Assembly (NCBI GenBank): GCA_016713445.1
Contig: JADJPB010000012.1
Span: 90,836 to 154,835, forward strand
Reading direction: 5' to 3'
Length of the DNA: 64,000 nucleotides
DNA from: Bacteroidota bacterium
GTDB taxonomy: Bacteria; Bacteroidota; Bacteroidia; AKYH767-A; OLB10
Shown: piece by piece, positions 10,528 through 21,602 of the stretch
How the letters are laid out: each line of letters starts with the position of its first letter
How positions within the stretch are numbered: the stretch's first letter is position 1
The notes under the pieces: generated by a model
The model's input: only the letters and a program-made list of their open reading frames with translations
What the model was told of the DNA's origin: nothing
Databases searched by the model: none
Translations under genes and position numbers: made by a program

Positions 10528-11688
10528 TCAATTCGATTTCATGAGATCACTCGCTCTAGAAGATTCTCCTTGGCTCAATTTTATTTCACGAAGACGTTCT
10601 CTGCTTTTAATTTTCTTGTTTCGGGTGGTGTAAAAGAAGAAACATAGAAGTAGAATGAAGTATGTCCCAAAGAAAATAGAAGCAGCATGTGACCATTCGC
10701 TTATAAATTCTGAGATCAATATATTCATAAAAAGCGAAAGTGAAGCTAGGCCAACAAATGCTAAACTAACTTGTGAATCACTCAATCCCAACAATGCTAA
10801 GCTATGAGTGGTATGATCTTTCCCGCCTACAAAAGGAGATCTACCTGCAGAAAGTCGATTGAAAACAACAACGGTAGTATCGAGTATAGGAAGAATGAAA
10901 GTCATGATGGTGCCTGCCAGTAATTTTCCGGTGGCAGGTGCTTCTTTTGAATAAGGATCATTCCAAAAATAAATGATTCCCATAGCAGCTAAAAAGACAC
11001 CTAAGAATTGACTCCCGGTATCACCCATGTACATTTTTGATGGATGCCAGTTAAATCTCAGAAATGCGATAAGTGAGGACAGTACACCAATTAAAACCAG
11101 TAAGTGCATATTCACAATATCATTGTTGTAAATGATGATGTAAATAGTATTCAAGATTATTCCAATTGAAACGATAGAGGTAATACCATCCATATTGTCA
11201 AGCATATTGATGGAGTTCATAATACCTACTACCCAGAATAAAGTTATTAGATAGTTCAATACATCACTTGAGAAAATATGAATACTAATTCCGGTACTTA
11301 TCAATATCAATCCAGAAAGAAGTTGTACTCCAAATTTCAACCAAGGTTTTGTATTGTACGCATCATCCGCTAAGCCAATTAAAAAACCAGTGCCGCTGGC
11401 GAGAAGTAATCCTACAAATCCAAGTTGATAAGCGTCTTGAGCTGGCTCAAATAAAATGGAGTAACTCGCCAACGATAATAAGAACATAATGTAGAAAGTA
11501 ATTCCACCAATGCTCGGTTTCGACATCGCTCCCCATCTGATAACAGTTCCATCCAGGTTATTTCTTATGCCCAATGTTTTAAAGAATCGAAGAAAGAGAG
11601 AATTAATCATTAATGAAAAAGTAACCGCTAAAATGAGGAAGAGCGAATATAGAATGAAGCTGCTATGTTGAAGAAACTGTTCAGTCAT
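10528..11688 (-). CDS. Glycosyltransferase family 4 polyprenyl-phosphate sugar-1-phosphate transferase (MraY/WecA family)
   Basis: 386 aa and multi-TM, with motifs NMLDNMDGI and MGDTGSQFLG. Confidence 0.8.
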   Translation of the reverse strand: MTEQFLQHSSFILYSLFLILAVTFSLMINSLFLRFFKTLGIRNNLDGTVIRWGAMSKPSIGGITFYIMFLLSLASYSILFEPAQDAYQLGFVGLLLASGTGFLIGLADDAYNTKPWLKFGVQLLSGLILISTGISIHIFSSDVLNYLITLFWVVGIMNSINMLDNMDGITSIVSIGIILNTIYIIIYNNDIVNMHLLVLIGVLSSLIAFLRFNWHPSKMYMGDTGSQFLGVFLAAMGIIYFWNDPYSKEAPATGKLLAGTIMTFILPILDTTVVVFNRLSAGRSPFVGGKDHTTHSLALLGLSDSQVSLAFVGLASLSLFMNILISEFISEWSHAASIFFGTYFILLLCFFFYTTRNKKIKSRERLREIKLSQGESSRASDLMKSN

Positions 11689-11689
11689 G

Positions 11690-12244
11690 TCACATAATTA
11701 TTTCAAATTTGGTATCTAATTCTTGGAAAGAAGGTAGCTCCATGTCCTTTTGGGAAACGATAGGGTTTTCGCATCCCCAATCGATAGATAGAGTTTTGTC
11801 ATTCCACAGGATACCACTCTCTGATTCTTTGTGATAAACGTTAGTACATTTATATAAGAAAATAGTATCTTCTTCCAAAGATAAGAAACCATGTGCGAAA
11901 CCCGGTGGGATCCAGAACATAAAGTTGTTTAATGCACTTAATTCTACCCGTAGATGCTGTCCAAATGTGGGTGAATTTTTTCGGATGTCAACCGCCACAT
12001 CATGTACACGGCCTTTTAAAACACGAACTAACTTGCCTTGATCAAAGGGTGGATGTTGAAAGTGTAAGCCACGTAATACATTTTTATGGCTGCTGGATTG
12101 ATTGTCTTGTACGAATTTATACTTTAGACCTAATTCATAAAATGTTGCCTCATTATACGATTCATAAAAATAACCTCTTTTCATCTTGAAAATTTTAGGT
12201 TTGAATAATAACGGACCTTCAATATTAAATTGAGTTACTTCCAT
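11690..12244 (-). CDS. rfbC: dTDP-4-dehydrorhamnose 3,5-epimerase
   Basis: 184 aa. It has RGLHFQ, a cupin fold, and the motif FWIPPGFAHGF. Confidence 0.85.
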   Translation of the reverse strand: MEVTQFNIEGPLLFKPKIFKMKRGYFYESYNEATFYELGLKYKFVQDNQSSSHKNVLRGLHFQHPPFDQGKLVRVLKGRVHDVAVDIRKNSPTFGQHLRVELSALNNFMFWIPPGFAHGFLSLEEDTIFLYKCTNVYHKESESGILWNDKTLSIDWGCENPIVSQKDMELPSFQELDTKFEIIM

Positions 12245-14683
12245 TCTTTAATCTTTTTCTTACTGAATAAGCTACTAATTCTATTAAATAAAGTTTTTGG
12301 CTCTTCATCTTCTTCATAATAGCCATATCCATAACTATATCCATAGCCGTAACTATATCCATAACTATATCCGTAGCCGTAACCATATTTCAACTTCGAC
12401 ATTTCAACTCCATTCAGAATTACGGAAATGTTTTTTATTTTGTTTTCTGTAATGAGCTTGTTGATTTGCGCTACAAACATTTTTCGAGAATAGTTAGCTC
12501 TTAAAATGTATAAGGGATAATCTGCTATTTGCATGATTGGAATTCCATCACTTACAATTCCAACAGGAGGTAAGTCAATAATGATGATGTCATAGATACC
12601 TTTAAGATAATCCAATAAGGTTTCCATTCTTGGATTGATAATTAATTCTGCAGGATTTGGCGGAATAGGACCTGCAGTAATGAAATCGAGATTTGCTAAT
12701 GAACTTTTTGTGATGCAATTCTCCGGCTTATCTTTTCCAATGAGTAAAGTACTTATTCCATGATTGTTTTCTACGTTAAAGCCCAAGTGAATTTTTTGGC
12801 TTTCTCATATCTAAGTCTAAAATAACAACTTTTAATCCTGAGAAAGCAATTACTCCCGCTAAATTAATGGCATTAAATGTTTTTCCTTCTCCAGAAATAG
12901 TAGAAGTAAGCGCGATTATCTTAGCACCTTCATCATTCGAAATAAATTGAAGGTTGGTTCGTATGGATCTGAATGCTTCAGAGATTACTGATTTTGGATT
13001 TTTATCTACTAATAACTGTGAAATTGGAATTTCTCGTTTGTATTTAGGCACTATGCCCAACATGGCAGCGTCGGTATATTGTCCAACTTCTTCCAGTGAG
13101 TTAATCTCGTTGTATAATAAATAGCGGGTGATGATTAGAATAAACCCGGCTAAGAAGCCTATGATTAAACACGCACTTATGATAAGTGCTTTGTTGGGAG
13201 ATACCGGTGGTGCATTTGCAGCGTCACTATGCAAAATGATGTGTTGTGGAACATATCCTGCTCGAGTAATGGAAAACTCCGCTTTTTTCTCAAGTAGCAA
13301 ACTGTAGAATTTTTCGTTGATGGTAAATAAGCGCGTCAAACGTCCATATTCTGCTTGTTGCTGCGGAATGATGCCAAGTTTCTTTTCGATTTGCTTAAGG
13401 TCGTTTAGTTTGCTTTCCCGCTTAGCTCTAAAGTTTAACTCTTCATTAGCAAGAGTTTTGTTGATGAGTCGAAGCTGATTTTCCAATTGCACTTGAATCG
13501 CTTTGTATAATTCGCTGTTCTCGGTAGCTTGCAATCTAATTTGATCTCTCTTTTCTAGTAAATCTTGAAGTTGTCCCAAGTAAGCTGAAATAATATTATT
13601 GTCACTTCGCCCCGATAAACTTAATAAGAATTTACTGATGTCTGCAGATTCAGATACTTCTTTGCGAATTTTAGAAAATAAATTCAACTCATGATTATAC
13701 GCATAGATTTCCGTCTGAATCTCCTCCATTTGTCGAATGATTCCCGTTGCTGATAAATCCGGATTTACAATTTTATTTTCCTTCTTGAATCTTTCAAGTG
13801 AGTTTTCGGAATTGCTTAGCTCAATATCAATACTTGCTATTGTATTGTCAATAAAATCTAAAATTTTGTCTGCAACCTCAGAGTTTTTCTCAAGATCATA
13901 TTTGTTAAATTCTATGGCTATTCCATTTACAATATCAGATGCTTTTGTTGCGTTTTATCTTTTTAGTTTTATTTGAATGGTTTGCGCTTCTACGTTTAAA
14001 GGGGTAATTAAAAGGGATTTTGAGATTTGTCCGGCAAGTTCGTCTATGCTGTTCACTTTAAAGTAAAATGCATCTTTGCTTAAATCTTGCTGTAATGCAC
14101 GAATGGTTTCGTAATCATAGATCGAAAGGTTTAAATCAAAGTCAACTGTAGAATACCAAACTCCCGATGTTAGGGGACCTTTGGTAACTAGATTTTTACT
14201 GGTAGGACTGTTGTACGAAATACTATAACTCTCTTTTGATAAAAAATCAACTATAATATGTTTGCCGATGATAGCACTATCTTTAACTCTAACTTCCGCA
14301 ACGAAAGGAGATTGTTTGTAAAGTTCCGAGGTCAGGATCTCGCCTTTTGAAAAATAACTGACTTGTAAAGGTAGCTTTCTCAATACGCGTTCAATAATCA
14401 CCTTCGAGCGCATCAATTCAATGCTAGAGGCCATTTTATTTCCTTGATCAGTGAAGCTCTTTATCTTTGCTTCTGACAATATACTACGCGCATTGTCCTG
14501 TTCAGAAAGTTGAATGATAGAGCTGGATTCAAAAACGGGAGCAGTGTATCTTAAGATCAGTAGCGAGACCAGTATTGCTGTCAACAAAAAGAAGGCAAAC
14601 CACAATAAATTTTTTCTTGCAATCGTCACCAAGAGTTTGAAATCAAACTCTTCGTTTATCGGCGATATCTTCTTTTTGGCCAT
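12235..14683 (-). CDS. wzc: Wzc-type polysaccharide co-polymerase / BY-kinase (tyrosine autokinase); interrupted twice
   Basis: The N-terminal part is a Wzz-like domain (13955-14683). The middle has a coiled coil, a TM helix and the Walker A TSTISGEGKT (12776-13954). The C-terminal part has the Walker B IIIIDLPP plus a Tyr cluster (12235-12786). An in-frame TAA lies at 13955-13957. A frame break lies at T6 12792-12797 (one too many). Confidence 0.8.
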
Positions 14684-14701
14684 TGGTTAGCTATTAGCTC
14701 T

Positions 14702-15478
14702 TTAGGGCTTTGTTAGGCCATCTGCAATCTGATATACTAATGCTAACGATGTGATGATACCAATAATTGGAGCTAACTGTGATAGAATCTCCTGAGAATA
14801 TCTTGGTACAGGTTCTACATAAATGATATCATTTGCTTGAAGTAATAAATTGCTTTGTTGCATTCCTTCTATGGTAGATAAATCAATAAGCATCACTTTA
14901 GGATTTCTTAAATCACCACGTATGAGTTTAATTTTATAGGCTTTCCCAGTGGTGGTTAATCCACCCGCCAAAGCAAGTGCTTCAATTAAATTTACGTTTT
15001 CATTATCGAGAGCTACTGTCCTTCCAGCTCCGCCAGTGCCTGGAAATACCATTACTCGTCGATTTAATACACGAATCATGACAAATGGTTTATTGTAAAA
15101 AGTTGAATATTCTTGTTCGAGCGATTTTTCAGCTTCACGAACTGTAAATCCCGCAATTTTTATTTTTCCAATAATGGGTAACTTAACTTGACCATCAGGC
15201 TCGACTAAAAATTGAGTTTGTGAATTTCCTTGACTGTTTGTTTGAAATCCTCCTGTAATTGATGCTGCAGATGTAGTCATATCAATCAATTTAAATCCAT
15301 CATTGGTATAAACGCTGAATCCGATGATGTCGTTAGGAGAAATTCGATACTCTACGTTACCAATGGTTTGTTCATTTGAGTATTCATAGTTCTTGGGAAC
15401 TTTGAACATTACGCTTGGATTTATTTGGCAAGAACTGATAATAAATAGGATAGATAGTAGCGGTATAATCTTTTTCAT
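14702..15478 (-). CDS. wza: Polysaccharide export outer-membrane lipoprotein (Wza family)
   Basis: Lipoprotein signal MKKIIPLLSILFIISSC. Poly_export and SLBB-like sequence is present (GKIKIAGFTVREAE..; GLTTTGKAYKIKLIR). The gene lies directly upstream of wzc. Confidence 0.8.
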   Translation of the reverse strand: MKKIIPLLSILFIISSCQINPSVMFKVPKNYEYSNEQTIGNVEYRISPNDIIGFSVYTNDGFKLIDMTTSAASITGGFQTNSQGNSQTQFLVEPDGQVKLPIIGKIKIAGFTVREAEKSLEQEYSTFYNKPFVMIRVLNRRVMVFPGTGGAGRTVALDNENVNLIEALALAGGLTTTGKAYKIKLIRGDLRNPKVMLIDLSTIEGMQQSNLLLQANDIIYVEPVPRYSQEILSQLAPIIGIITSLALVYQIADGLTKP

Positions 15479-15543
15479 AAAATCAATAATCATTTTGATT
15501 GTGAGCAAAAGTAAGTAATTTTTATTGCTAACCTTGAGATTTT

Positions 15544-16731
15544 CTATTTCTTAAGGAGGCTAGCATACAATTGTTCGATGTCGCTCGTAAGCCGCTTTTC
15601 ATGAAATCTGGATTCAACAAACGAGGGGCCTTTTTTTGCCATTTCTTCTCGTAATGATTCATTATTGATTAGCGTTTCTAGCGTAGAAGCAAAGTTCTTT
15701 AGATCCCCACTTTTTATTAAAAGCGCCGTTTCACCCTCTAAAACTATATTCGCGATTCCGCCAACGTTCGTTGCTATAATAGGAATGCCAGCTGCTTGCG
15801 CTTCAATTAAACTAGCAGGCGTTCCTTCATTTAAAGAGCTGAGTGCCAGTATGTCAATGCCTAGCATAGCTACGTCTACCTCGTGTATCCATGAGGTGAA
15901 AACAATGGATGACTCAGGATTTGGGTTTTCAGGGGTTGAAATGGTTTGACCTAAACTTTCGCAAAATTCTTGAAGCTCAAATCTTTGTTCGCCATCGCCA
16001 ATGATGAATGCCTTTGTTTTGTTCCCTAACCGTTCTCGAGTGACGGAGAAAGCAGAAATGAATAATTTAAGATTTTTTATTGGGACTAACCGTCCTATAA
16101 TTCCAACTGCAATTTTATGATTTTGAATGGAATAATTTTTTCTGAATCGATCCCTTTTTTCAATTTTATTTTCCTGAAAGGGCTTTAAGTTGTACCCTAA
16201 TTCAACGATATGTATTTTTTTACATGGACAAATCTTAAATTCTTCACATAGTTCTTTTTTTTGTCTTTCGCTGATGGCGATGATCCCAGTACTTAGCCAA
16301 GCAAGTATGCGCTCTAATTGAATGAAAAATAAGGTCTTCGCTTTTCCAAAATAACTATGGAAAACATGTCCGTGAAAGGTATGTACAATGACTTTTACGC
16401 CCGCTCTTTTCGCGGCTAATCTGCCTAATAATCCTGCTTTAGCGGCGTGAGTGTGAACAACATCAGGCTTGAAGTCTCGAATAATTTTTAAAAGTTGCTT
16501 ATAGGCTTTGTAATCGGAGCGTAAATTAATCTCACGATGCATATCATGGATATAAACAGGTTCAAGCCCTAATTTTCGAACCATAAATTCTGAACTTTCT
16601 TCAGAATCATCTTTCATTCCAGCCACAATCATGGTCTCGTGATTAGGTCTTAAATGAGCGGCTATACTGGCCGCATTATAAGTTATTCCTCCTAAATTCA
16701 GTCTGTTAACAATTTGAAGTATTTTGGCCAC
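15544..16731 (-). CDS. Glycosyltransferase, GT4/GT-B family
   Basis: 395 aa with the C-terminal motif NEGTPASLIEAQAAGIPIIATNVGG. The start is probably GTG. Confidence 0.75.
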   Translation of the reverse strand: MAKILQIVNRLNLGGITYNAASIAAHLRPNHETMIVAGMKDDSEESSEFMVRKLGLEPVYIHDMHREINLRSDYKAYKQLLKIIRDFKPDVVHTHAAKAGLLGRLAAKRAGVKVIVHTFHGHVFHSYFGKAKTLFFIQLERILAWLSTGIIAISERQKKELCEEFKICPCKKIHIVELGYNLKPFQENKIEKRDRFRKNYSIQNHKIAVGIIGRLVPIKNLKLFISAFSVTRERLGNKTKAFIIGDGEQRFELQEFCESLGQTISTPENPNPESSIVFTSWIHEVDVAMLGIDILALSSLNEGTPASLIEAQAAGIPIIATNVGGIANIVLEGETALLIKSGDLKNFASTLETLINNESLREEMAKKGPSFVESRFHEKRLTSDIEQLYASLLKK

Positions 16732-16870
16732 AGACCAAAAGTAAGCCTTCGCTATTTGTAAATAAAATATAATTTAAGAATAATTCTTAGCAATGATGAA
16801 ATTGGATTTTATTTTCTTTTCAGATCAATCTGGCGTTGTACTTCATTGAAATCAATTACTTTTGCCACCT

Positions 16871-17605
16871 ATGTTTTCCCTGATCCTCAAGGAAATTAAC
16901 AGCTTCTTGAACTCCCTAATTGGGTACATTGTTCTCGTTGTGTTCCTCTTAACCATGGGTTTGTTTCTGTGGATATTCCCAGATTCATCCTTTAATATTC
17001 TTAGTGCAGGTTATGCAAACCTCGATTCGCTCTTTGTAATTACTCCTTGGATGTATTTGTTATTGATTCCAGCAATTACCATGCGTCTCTTTTCTGAAGA
17101 GAAAAAATCGGGTACGATTGAATTGTTGCTGACTCGACCTTTGACGGAAATGCAGTTGGTTTCTGCAAAGTTTTTTGCTGGAGTAATCTTGGTTTTATTT
17201 TCATTGCTTCCCACATTAATTTATTATGCAACAATTCATCGTATAAGTTTGCCCGTCGGAAATATTGATTCTGGTGCAATCATGGGTTCTTATATCGGAT
17301 TGTTGTTGTTGGGTGCGAGTTTTGTGTCAATTGGTATTTTTTCTTCTTCCTTGGCCGACAATCAAGTCGTCTCCTTTATTATTGGATTTTTTCTTTGTTT
17401 GATTTGTTTGAAAGGCTTTGAATCTATCGCTGCCGTTTTTGGTGTAGGAAAGGCTTCTACTCTTGTTTTTGGAATGAGCTTTAATGCGCATTATTTAAGT
17501 TTGAGCAGAGGTGTAATAGATACGCGAGATCTTGTTTTCTTTTTATCAGCAATTCTTTGTTTTCTTTTTATGACGAGGATGGTTATCGAAAGTAGAAAAT
17601 GGTGA
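16871..17605 (+). CDS. gldF: Gliding-motility ABC-2 transporter permease GldF
   Basis: About 245 aa with 6 TM helices of an ABC-2 permease. The stop overlaps the start of the GldG-like gene, which is the canonical gldF-gldG pairing. Confidence 0.7.
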   Translation: MFSLILKEINSFLNSLIGYIVLVVFLLTMGLFLWIFPDSSFNILSAGYANLDSLFVITPWMYLLLIPAITMRLFSEEKKSGTIELLLTRPLTEMQLVSAKFFAGVILVLFSLLPTLIYYATIHRISLPVGNIDSGAIMGSYIGLLLLGASFVSIGIFSSSLADNQVVSFIIGFFLCLICLKGFESIAAVFGVGKASTLVFGMSFNAHYLSLSRGVIDTRDLVFFLSAILCFLFMTRMVIESRKW

Positions 17606-19311
17606 TGGGGAAGATGGATAATCAATCAAATCTTAGAAAGAGTTCAAGAGGACAAGCTATCATGCAGTTGGTGCTGCTGTTGGGTATTTTGGTGTTAGGA
17701 AACGTGGTTTCAAGTTATGTGTTTACGCGAATTGATTTAACCGATGATAAACGATTTACTTTGTCGGATAATAGTAAGGAGTTGGTTTCTAAATTGAAGG
17801 ATGTTGTTTTTATTCGCGTATACTTAGAAGGCGATTTCTCTCCAGGGTTTTCACGATTGCAGCAAAGTACTCGCGAAATTTTGGATGAATTGAGTGTCTA
17901 TTCAAACGGAAATCTTCAATATGAATTTGTTGATCCATCTGCAAATCCAGATGAGCAAGAGCGAAATAAGTTTTATGCTCAACTTTACCAAAAAGGAATA
18001 CAACCTACAACAGTCGAAGAACGCACCAATGAAGGGGTAAAGCGAACGTATATTTTTCCAGGAGCCTTGGTGAGTTATGCGAATGTCGAAATGAGTATTA
18101 CTTTGTTGAAGAATCAACAAGGATTTCCGCCTGAACTTATTTTGAATAATTCTATTCAAAACCTGGAGTTTGAAATCTGTAATGTGATTCGAAAAGTGAC
18201 AAACCCAATGCGTCCTGCCATTGCGTTTTTAGAGGGACATGGTGAATTAGATACTACTAATGTTTCGGATATAGCGGCTGCGCTAAAAATGTCTTATGAG
18301 TTGAAACGTGTTCGTATAAATGGTCAGTTAGGTGCTTTGAAGGATTTTAAAGCCGTGGTGATTGCAAAACCAGATAGCGCTTTTGATGAGAAAGATAAGT
18401 TTGTAATTGATCAATACGTTATGAATGGTGGGAAGTTGATTGTATTACTCGATCCGATACAAGCAGCAATGGATAGTTTGGAGAGAAGGGGAGAAATTTT
18501 AGCACCTGCCCGCGACTTGAAATTGGATGATATGTTGTTTCGTTATGGCGCTCGTGTGAACTATGATTTAGTGCAAGATCTACTTTCTTCTTTGATTCCG
18601 GTGGTGACCGGTATGATCGGCTCTCAGCCGAAACAGCAATTGTTACCTTGGTATTTTTTTCCATTGATGAGTCCAACTTCAAAACACCCTATTGTTAATA
18701 ATCTGAATTCGATTAAAGGGCAGTTTGTTTCGAGTATTGATCCCATTGATGCGACTGGAGTAAAGCATACCGTTTTGTTAACTACCTCACAATACAGTAG
18801 GATTCTATCTGCACCTGTTCGAGTGAGTTTGGGCATTATGCAGTATAAGCCAGATCCTAAAATGTTTCCACAAAAGGATGTCCCTGTTGCTGTATTGATG
18901 GAAGGAAGATTTACTTCTTTGTTCAAAAATAGAATTCCTCCTGCGATTGCTGAAAGTAAAGAGATTGGATTTAAAGAATCAAGTACGGAAACAAAAATTA
19001 TAGTGATATCAGATGGTGATATCATTCGAAATGATATTGTAAAAGGTTCTCCCGTAGCACTTGGATTCGATCGTTATACAAACACAACTTATGGAAATAA
19101 AGCTTTTTTTCTGAATGTGATGGACTATTTGTGTGATGATTCTGGTTTGATGGCGGTGCGAAGTAAGGAGTTTCGATTGAGAATGATTGACCCCGCTGTA
19201 ATTGAAGCCGATACAAACCTACTTAAATGGTTGAATGTAACTTTACCAATTGTGATTTTGTTAGTGTTTGGATTGATAAAATTTTACTTGCGTTTACGTC
19301 GTTATACCTAG
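17599..19311 (+). CDS. gldG: Gliding-associated ABC transporter auxiliary component GldG
   Basis: 570 aa with N- and C-terminal TM anchors and a large periplasmic domain. The size and position after gldF fit GldG. Confidence 0.75.
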   Translation: MVMGKMDNQSNLRKSSRGQAIMQLVLLLGILVLGNVVSSYVFTRIDLTDDKRFTLSDNSKELVSKLKDVVFIRVYLEGDFSPGFSRLQQSTREILDELSVYSNGNLQYEFVDPSANPDEQERNKFYAQLYQKGIQPTTVEERTNEGVKRTYIFPGALVSYANVEMSITLLKNQQGFPPELILNNSIQNLEFEICNVIRKVTNPMRPAIAFLEGHGELDTTNVSDIAAALKMSYELKRVRINGQLGALKDFKAVVIAKPDSAFDEKDKFVIDQYVMNGGKLIVLLDPIQAAMDSLERRGEILAPARDLKLDDMLFRYGARVNYDLVQDLLSSLIPVVTGMIGSQPKQQLLPWYFFPLMSPTSKHPIVNNLNSIKGQFVSSIDPIDATGVKHTVLLTTSQYSRILSAPVRVSLGIMQYKPDPKMFPQKDVPVAVLMEGRFTSLFKNRIPPAIAESKEIGFKESSTETKIIVISDGDIIRNDIVKGSPVALGFDRYTNTTYGNKAFFLNVMDYLCDDSGLMAVRSKEFRLRMIDPAVIEADTNLLKWLNVTLPIVILLVFGLIKFYLRLRRYT

Positions 19312-19315
19312 TCAT

Positions 19316-20365
19316 ATGAAAAAGAATAAATCAGTATTAGTCGTCTTTGTATTATTGGCATTGGTAGCCGCCGGGCTGTGGTATTTTGAGTCGAATAAAT
19401 CCATTAAGGGAGAGTTTAAAGATTTTGCCGTGGCAGATACAAGTAGCATCGATAAGATTTTTTTAGCAGATAAGGAAGGACGTACCGTTACTTTGGTAAA
19501 AGAAGCTTCTAGCCGTTGGAGAGTTAACGGCAAATTTTTAGCTCGTGAAGATGGAATCCGTAATCTATTGGAAACAATAAAGAATGTGGAAGTACGTAGC
19601 CCTGTGGGAAAAAATTTATATAATAATACAATGAAGTTGATGGCTTCAAAGTCGGTGAAAATTGAAATTTATTCAAAAGATGAAAATATTAAAACGTATT
19701 ATGTAGGCCACCCAACGATGGATAATTTGGGTACATTTATGTACTTAGAAGGGAGCTCTGTTCCGTTTATTACGTTTATTCCTGGCTTCAACGGCTTTCT
19801 TTCAACAAGATATTTTGCGAATGAAACTGAATGGAGAGATAAAGTCATCTTCCGATTAGATCCTCGAAGAATTGTTGAAGTACAAATAAATGATCGGGCG
19901 AGAGCTCATCGAGCGTTTCATTTGATGAGAACTGCAGATACAAGTTTTGTGGTAAAGAAGATGGTAGATGGTCAACCCATTACACCTTTGGATCTCAACA
20001 AGGTAAGGAGTTTTTTAAGCGGATTCTCGGATACTTATTTTGAAAGAATCGACAATGGCATTTCTAAAAATGTAAAGGATTCAATCATAAATATCGGACC
20101 GTTTGCGATTGTTCTGGTGAAGATGGATAATGGTGGCGAAAAAAGCTTGGTTTGTTACCGTAAGCCAGTCACACCTGGATCTCGACTACAGATTAACTAT
20201 CAAGGAGACGATCTTCCTTTCGATTTCGATAAATTTTACGCGATTATGTCAGACGATACTTCTATGTTAGTTTGCCAGTATTTCCATTTCGATCGAATAT
20301 TTAAAGATCCGCGGAACTTTTTGCCTGGAAAAGACCTCGTCCCATCGCAGCAACGATTTGAATAG
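19316..20365 (+). CDS. DUF4340-like membrane-anchored protein
   Basis: 349 aa with N-terminal anchor MKKNKSVLVVFVLLALVAAGLWYF. It starts 4 nt after the gldG stop, as DUF4340 genes usually do. Confidence 0.55.
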   Translation: MKKNKSVLVVFVLLALVAAGLWYFESNKSIKGEFKDFAVADTSSIDKIFLADKEGRTVTLVKEASSRWRVNGKFLAREDGIRNLLETIKNVEVRSPVGKNLYNNTMKLMASKSVKIEIYSKDENIKTYYVGHPTMDNLGTFMYLEGSSVPFITFIPGFNGFLSTRYFANETEWRDKVIFRLDPRRIVEVQINDRARAHRAFHLMRTADTSFVVKKMVDGQPITPLDLNKVRSFLSGFSDTYFERIDNGISKNVKDSIINIGPFAIVLVKMDNGGEKSLVCYRKPVTPGSRLQINYQGDDLPFDFDKFYAIMSDDTSMLVCQYFHFDRIFKDPRNFLPGKDLVPSQQRFE

Positions 20366-20480
20366 CAATTTTTTTGCTTTTTGTTAATAAAGTGCATTGG
20401 GTTGACCCTGTATAGAATCTTTGCTTGAACTATATTTGCTCATTCCTTTGCGTTAAAGGAGTTTAAGATAGAAATTACCT

Positions 20481-21602
20481 ATGAAATTTATAGTAAACGC
20501 TGATACCTTGTTGAAGCAGTTGCATCTCATTAGTGGCGCACTTCAAAGTAGCACTCCATTGCCCATCCTTGAAAATTTTCTTTTCGAATTAAGTCCCGAT
20601 AGCCTGAAAGCTTCTGCTTCCGATTTGGAAACAACAATGACAACGGTTATTGCAGTGCAATGTAAAGAAAGTGGAAAAGTAGCTGTACCTGCAAAAATAT
20701 TGTTAGATACATTAAAAACATTTGGCGCCGAACCGTTGAATTTTAAAATTCAAAAGGATTCTTTCAATATTGAAATAAGTTCCGACAAAGGAAAGTATAA
20801 GTTAAGTGGTTTGAATGGTGACGATTTTCCAAAGTTGCCTGTAATCGACAAACCCAATACAATCGAAATGCCTTCTGACGTTTTAGCTGCAGCAATTAAT
20901 CATACCATTTTTGCTACTGGAAATGATGAATTACGCCCTGTGATGACAGGTGTTTTTTGCCAGTTTGGAAAAGAAGGCGCTATCTTCGTGGCAACAGATG
21001 CTCATCGCTTAGTACGCTATCGTCGTAATGATATTCGGGCTCCAAAAGAAAGTTCATTCATCATGCCAAAGAAACCGTTGGCGTTGTTAAAGGCTTCAAT
21101 TCCGAGTACCACTACCCAAGTAAAAATTGATTATAACGAAGCAAATGCATTTTTTACATTTGATAATGTGAGCTTGATTTGCCGATTGATTGATGGGCGT
21201 TATCCAAATTACGAAGCCGTAATTCCATTGGATAATCCTAACAAAATGGAAGTTGATCGTTTGAGTTTTTTAAACGCGATTCGTCGTGTGAGTATCTTTT
21301 CGAACAAAACAACACATCAAGTTAAATTCCGCATTGCTGGATCACAAGTAGAAATTTCTGCAGAAGATGTGGATTATGGAAATGATGCCGATGAACGCTT
21401 GAGCTGCAACTACGAAGGAAAGGATATTGAAATCGCTTTCAATGCACGTTTTATTCAAGATATGTTGAGTAATATCGATTCGGGTAATGTGCTTTTAGAA
21501 CTTTCTCTCCCTAATCGTGCAGGATTACTTTCCTCGCCACAAGCAGAATCAGATCCAGATGAAGATTTGTTGATGCTGGTGATGCCAGTGATGGTTAATT
21601 AA
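20481..21602 (+). CDS. dnaN: DNA polymerase III beta sliding clamp
   Basis: 373 aa. The N-terminus MKFIVNADTLLKQLHLISGAL and a three-domain clamp length match DnaN. The motif RLIDGRYPNYEAVIP is present. Confidence 0.9.
   Translation: MKFIVNADTLLKQLHLISGALQSSTPLPILENFLFELSPDSLKASASDLETTMTTVIAVQCKESGKVAVPAKILLDTLKTFGAEPLNFKIQKDSFNIEISSDKGKYKLSGLNGDDFPKLPVIDKPNTIEMPSDVLAAAINHTIFATGNDELRPVMTGVFCQFGKEGAIFVATDAHRLVRYRRNDIRAPKESSFIMPKKPLALLKASIPSTTTQVKIDYNEANAFFTFDNVSLICRLIDGRYPNYEAVIPLDNPNKMEVDRLSFLNAIRRVSIFSNKTTHQVKFRIAGSQVEISAEDVDYGNDADERLSCNYEGKDIEIAFNARFIQDMLSNIDSGNVLLELSLPNRAGLLSSPQAESDPDEDLLMLVMPVMVN

Noticed and set aside
13737-13976. 79-aa + strand ORF in the apparent gap of the wzc gene
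   Set aside because: The - strand is open in the wzc frame across this whole interval, so it is the middle of wzc downstream of the in-frame TAA. The + ORF is antisense noise.
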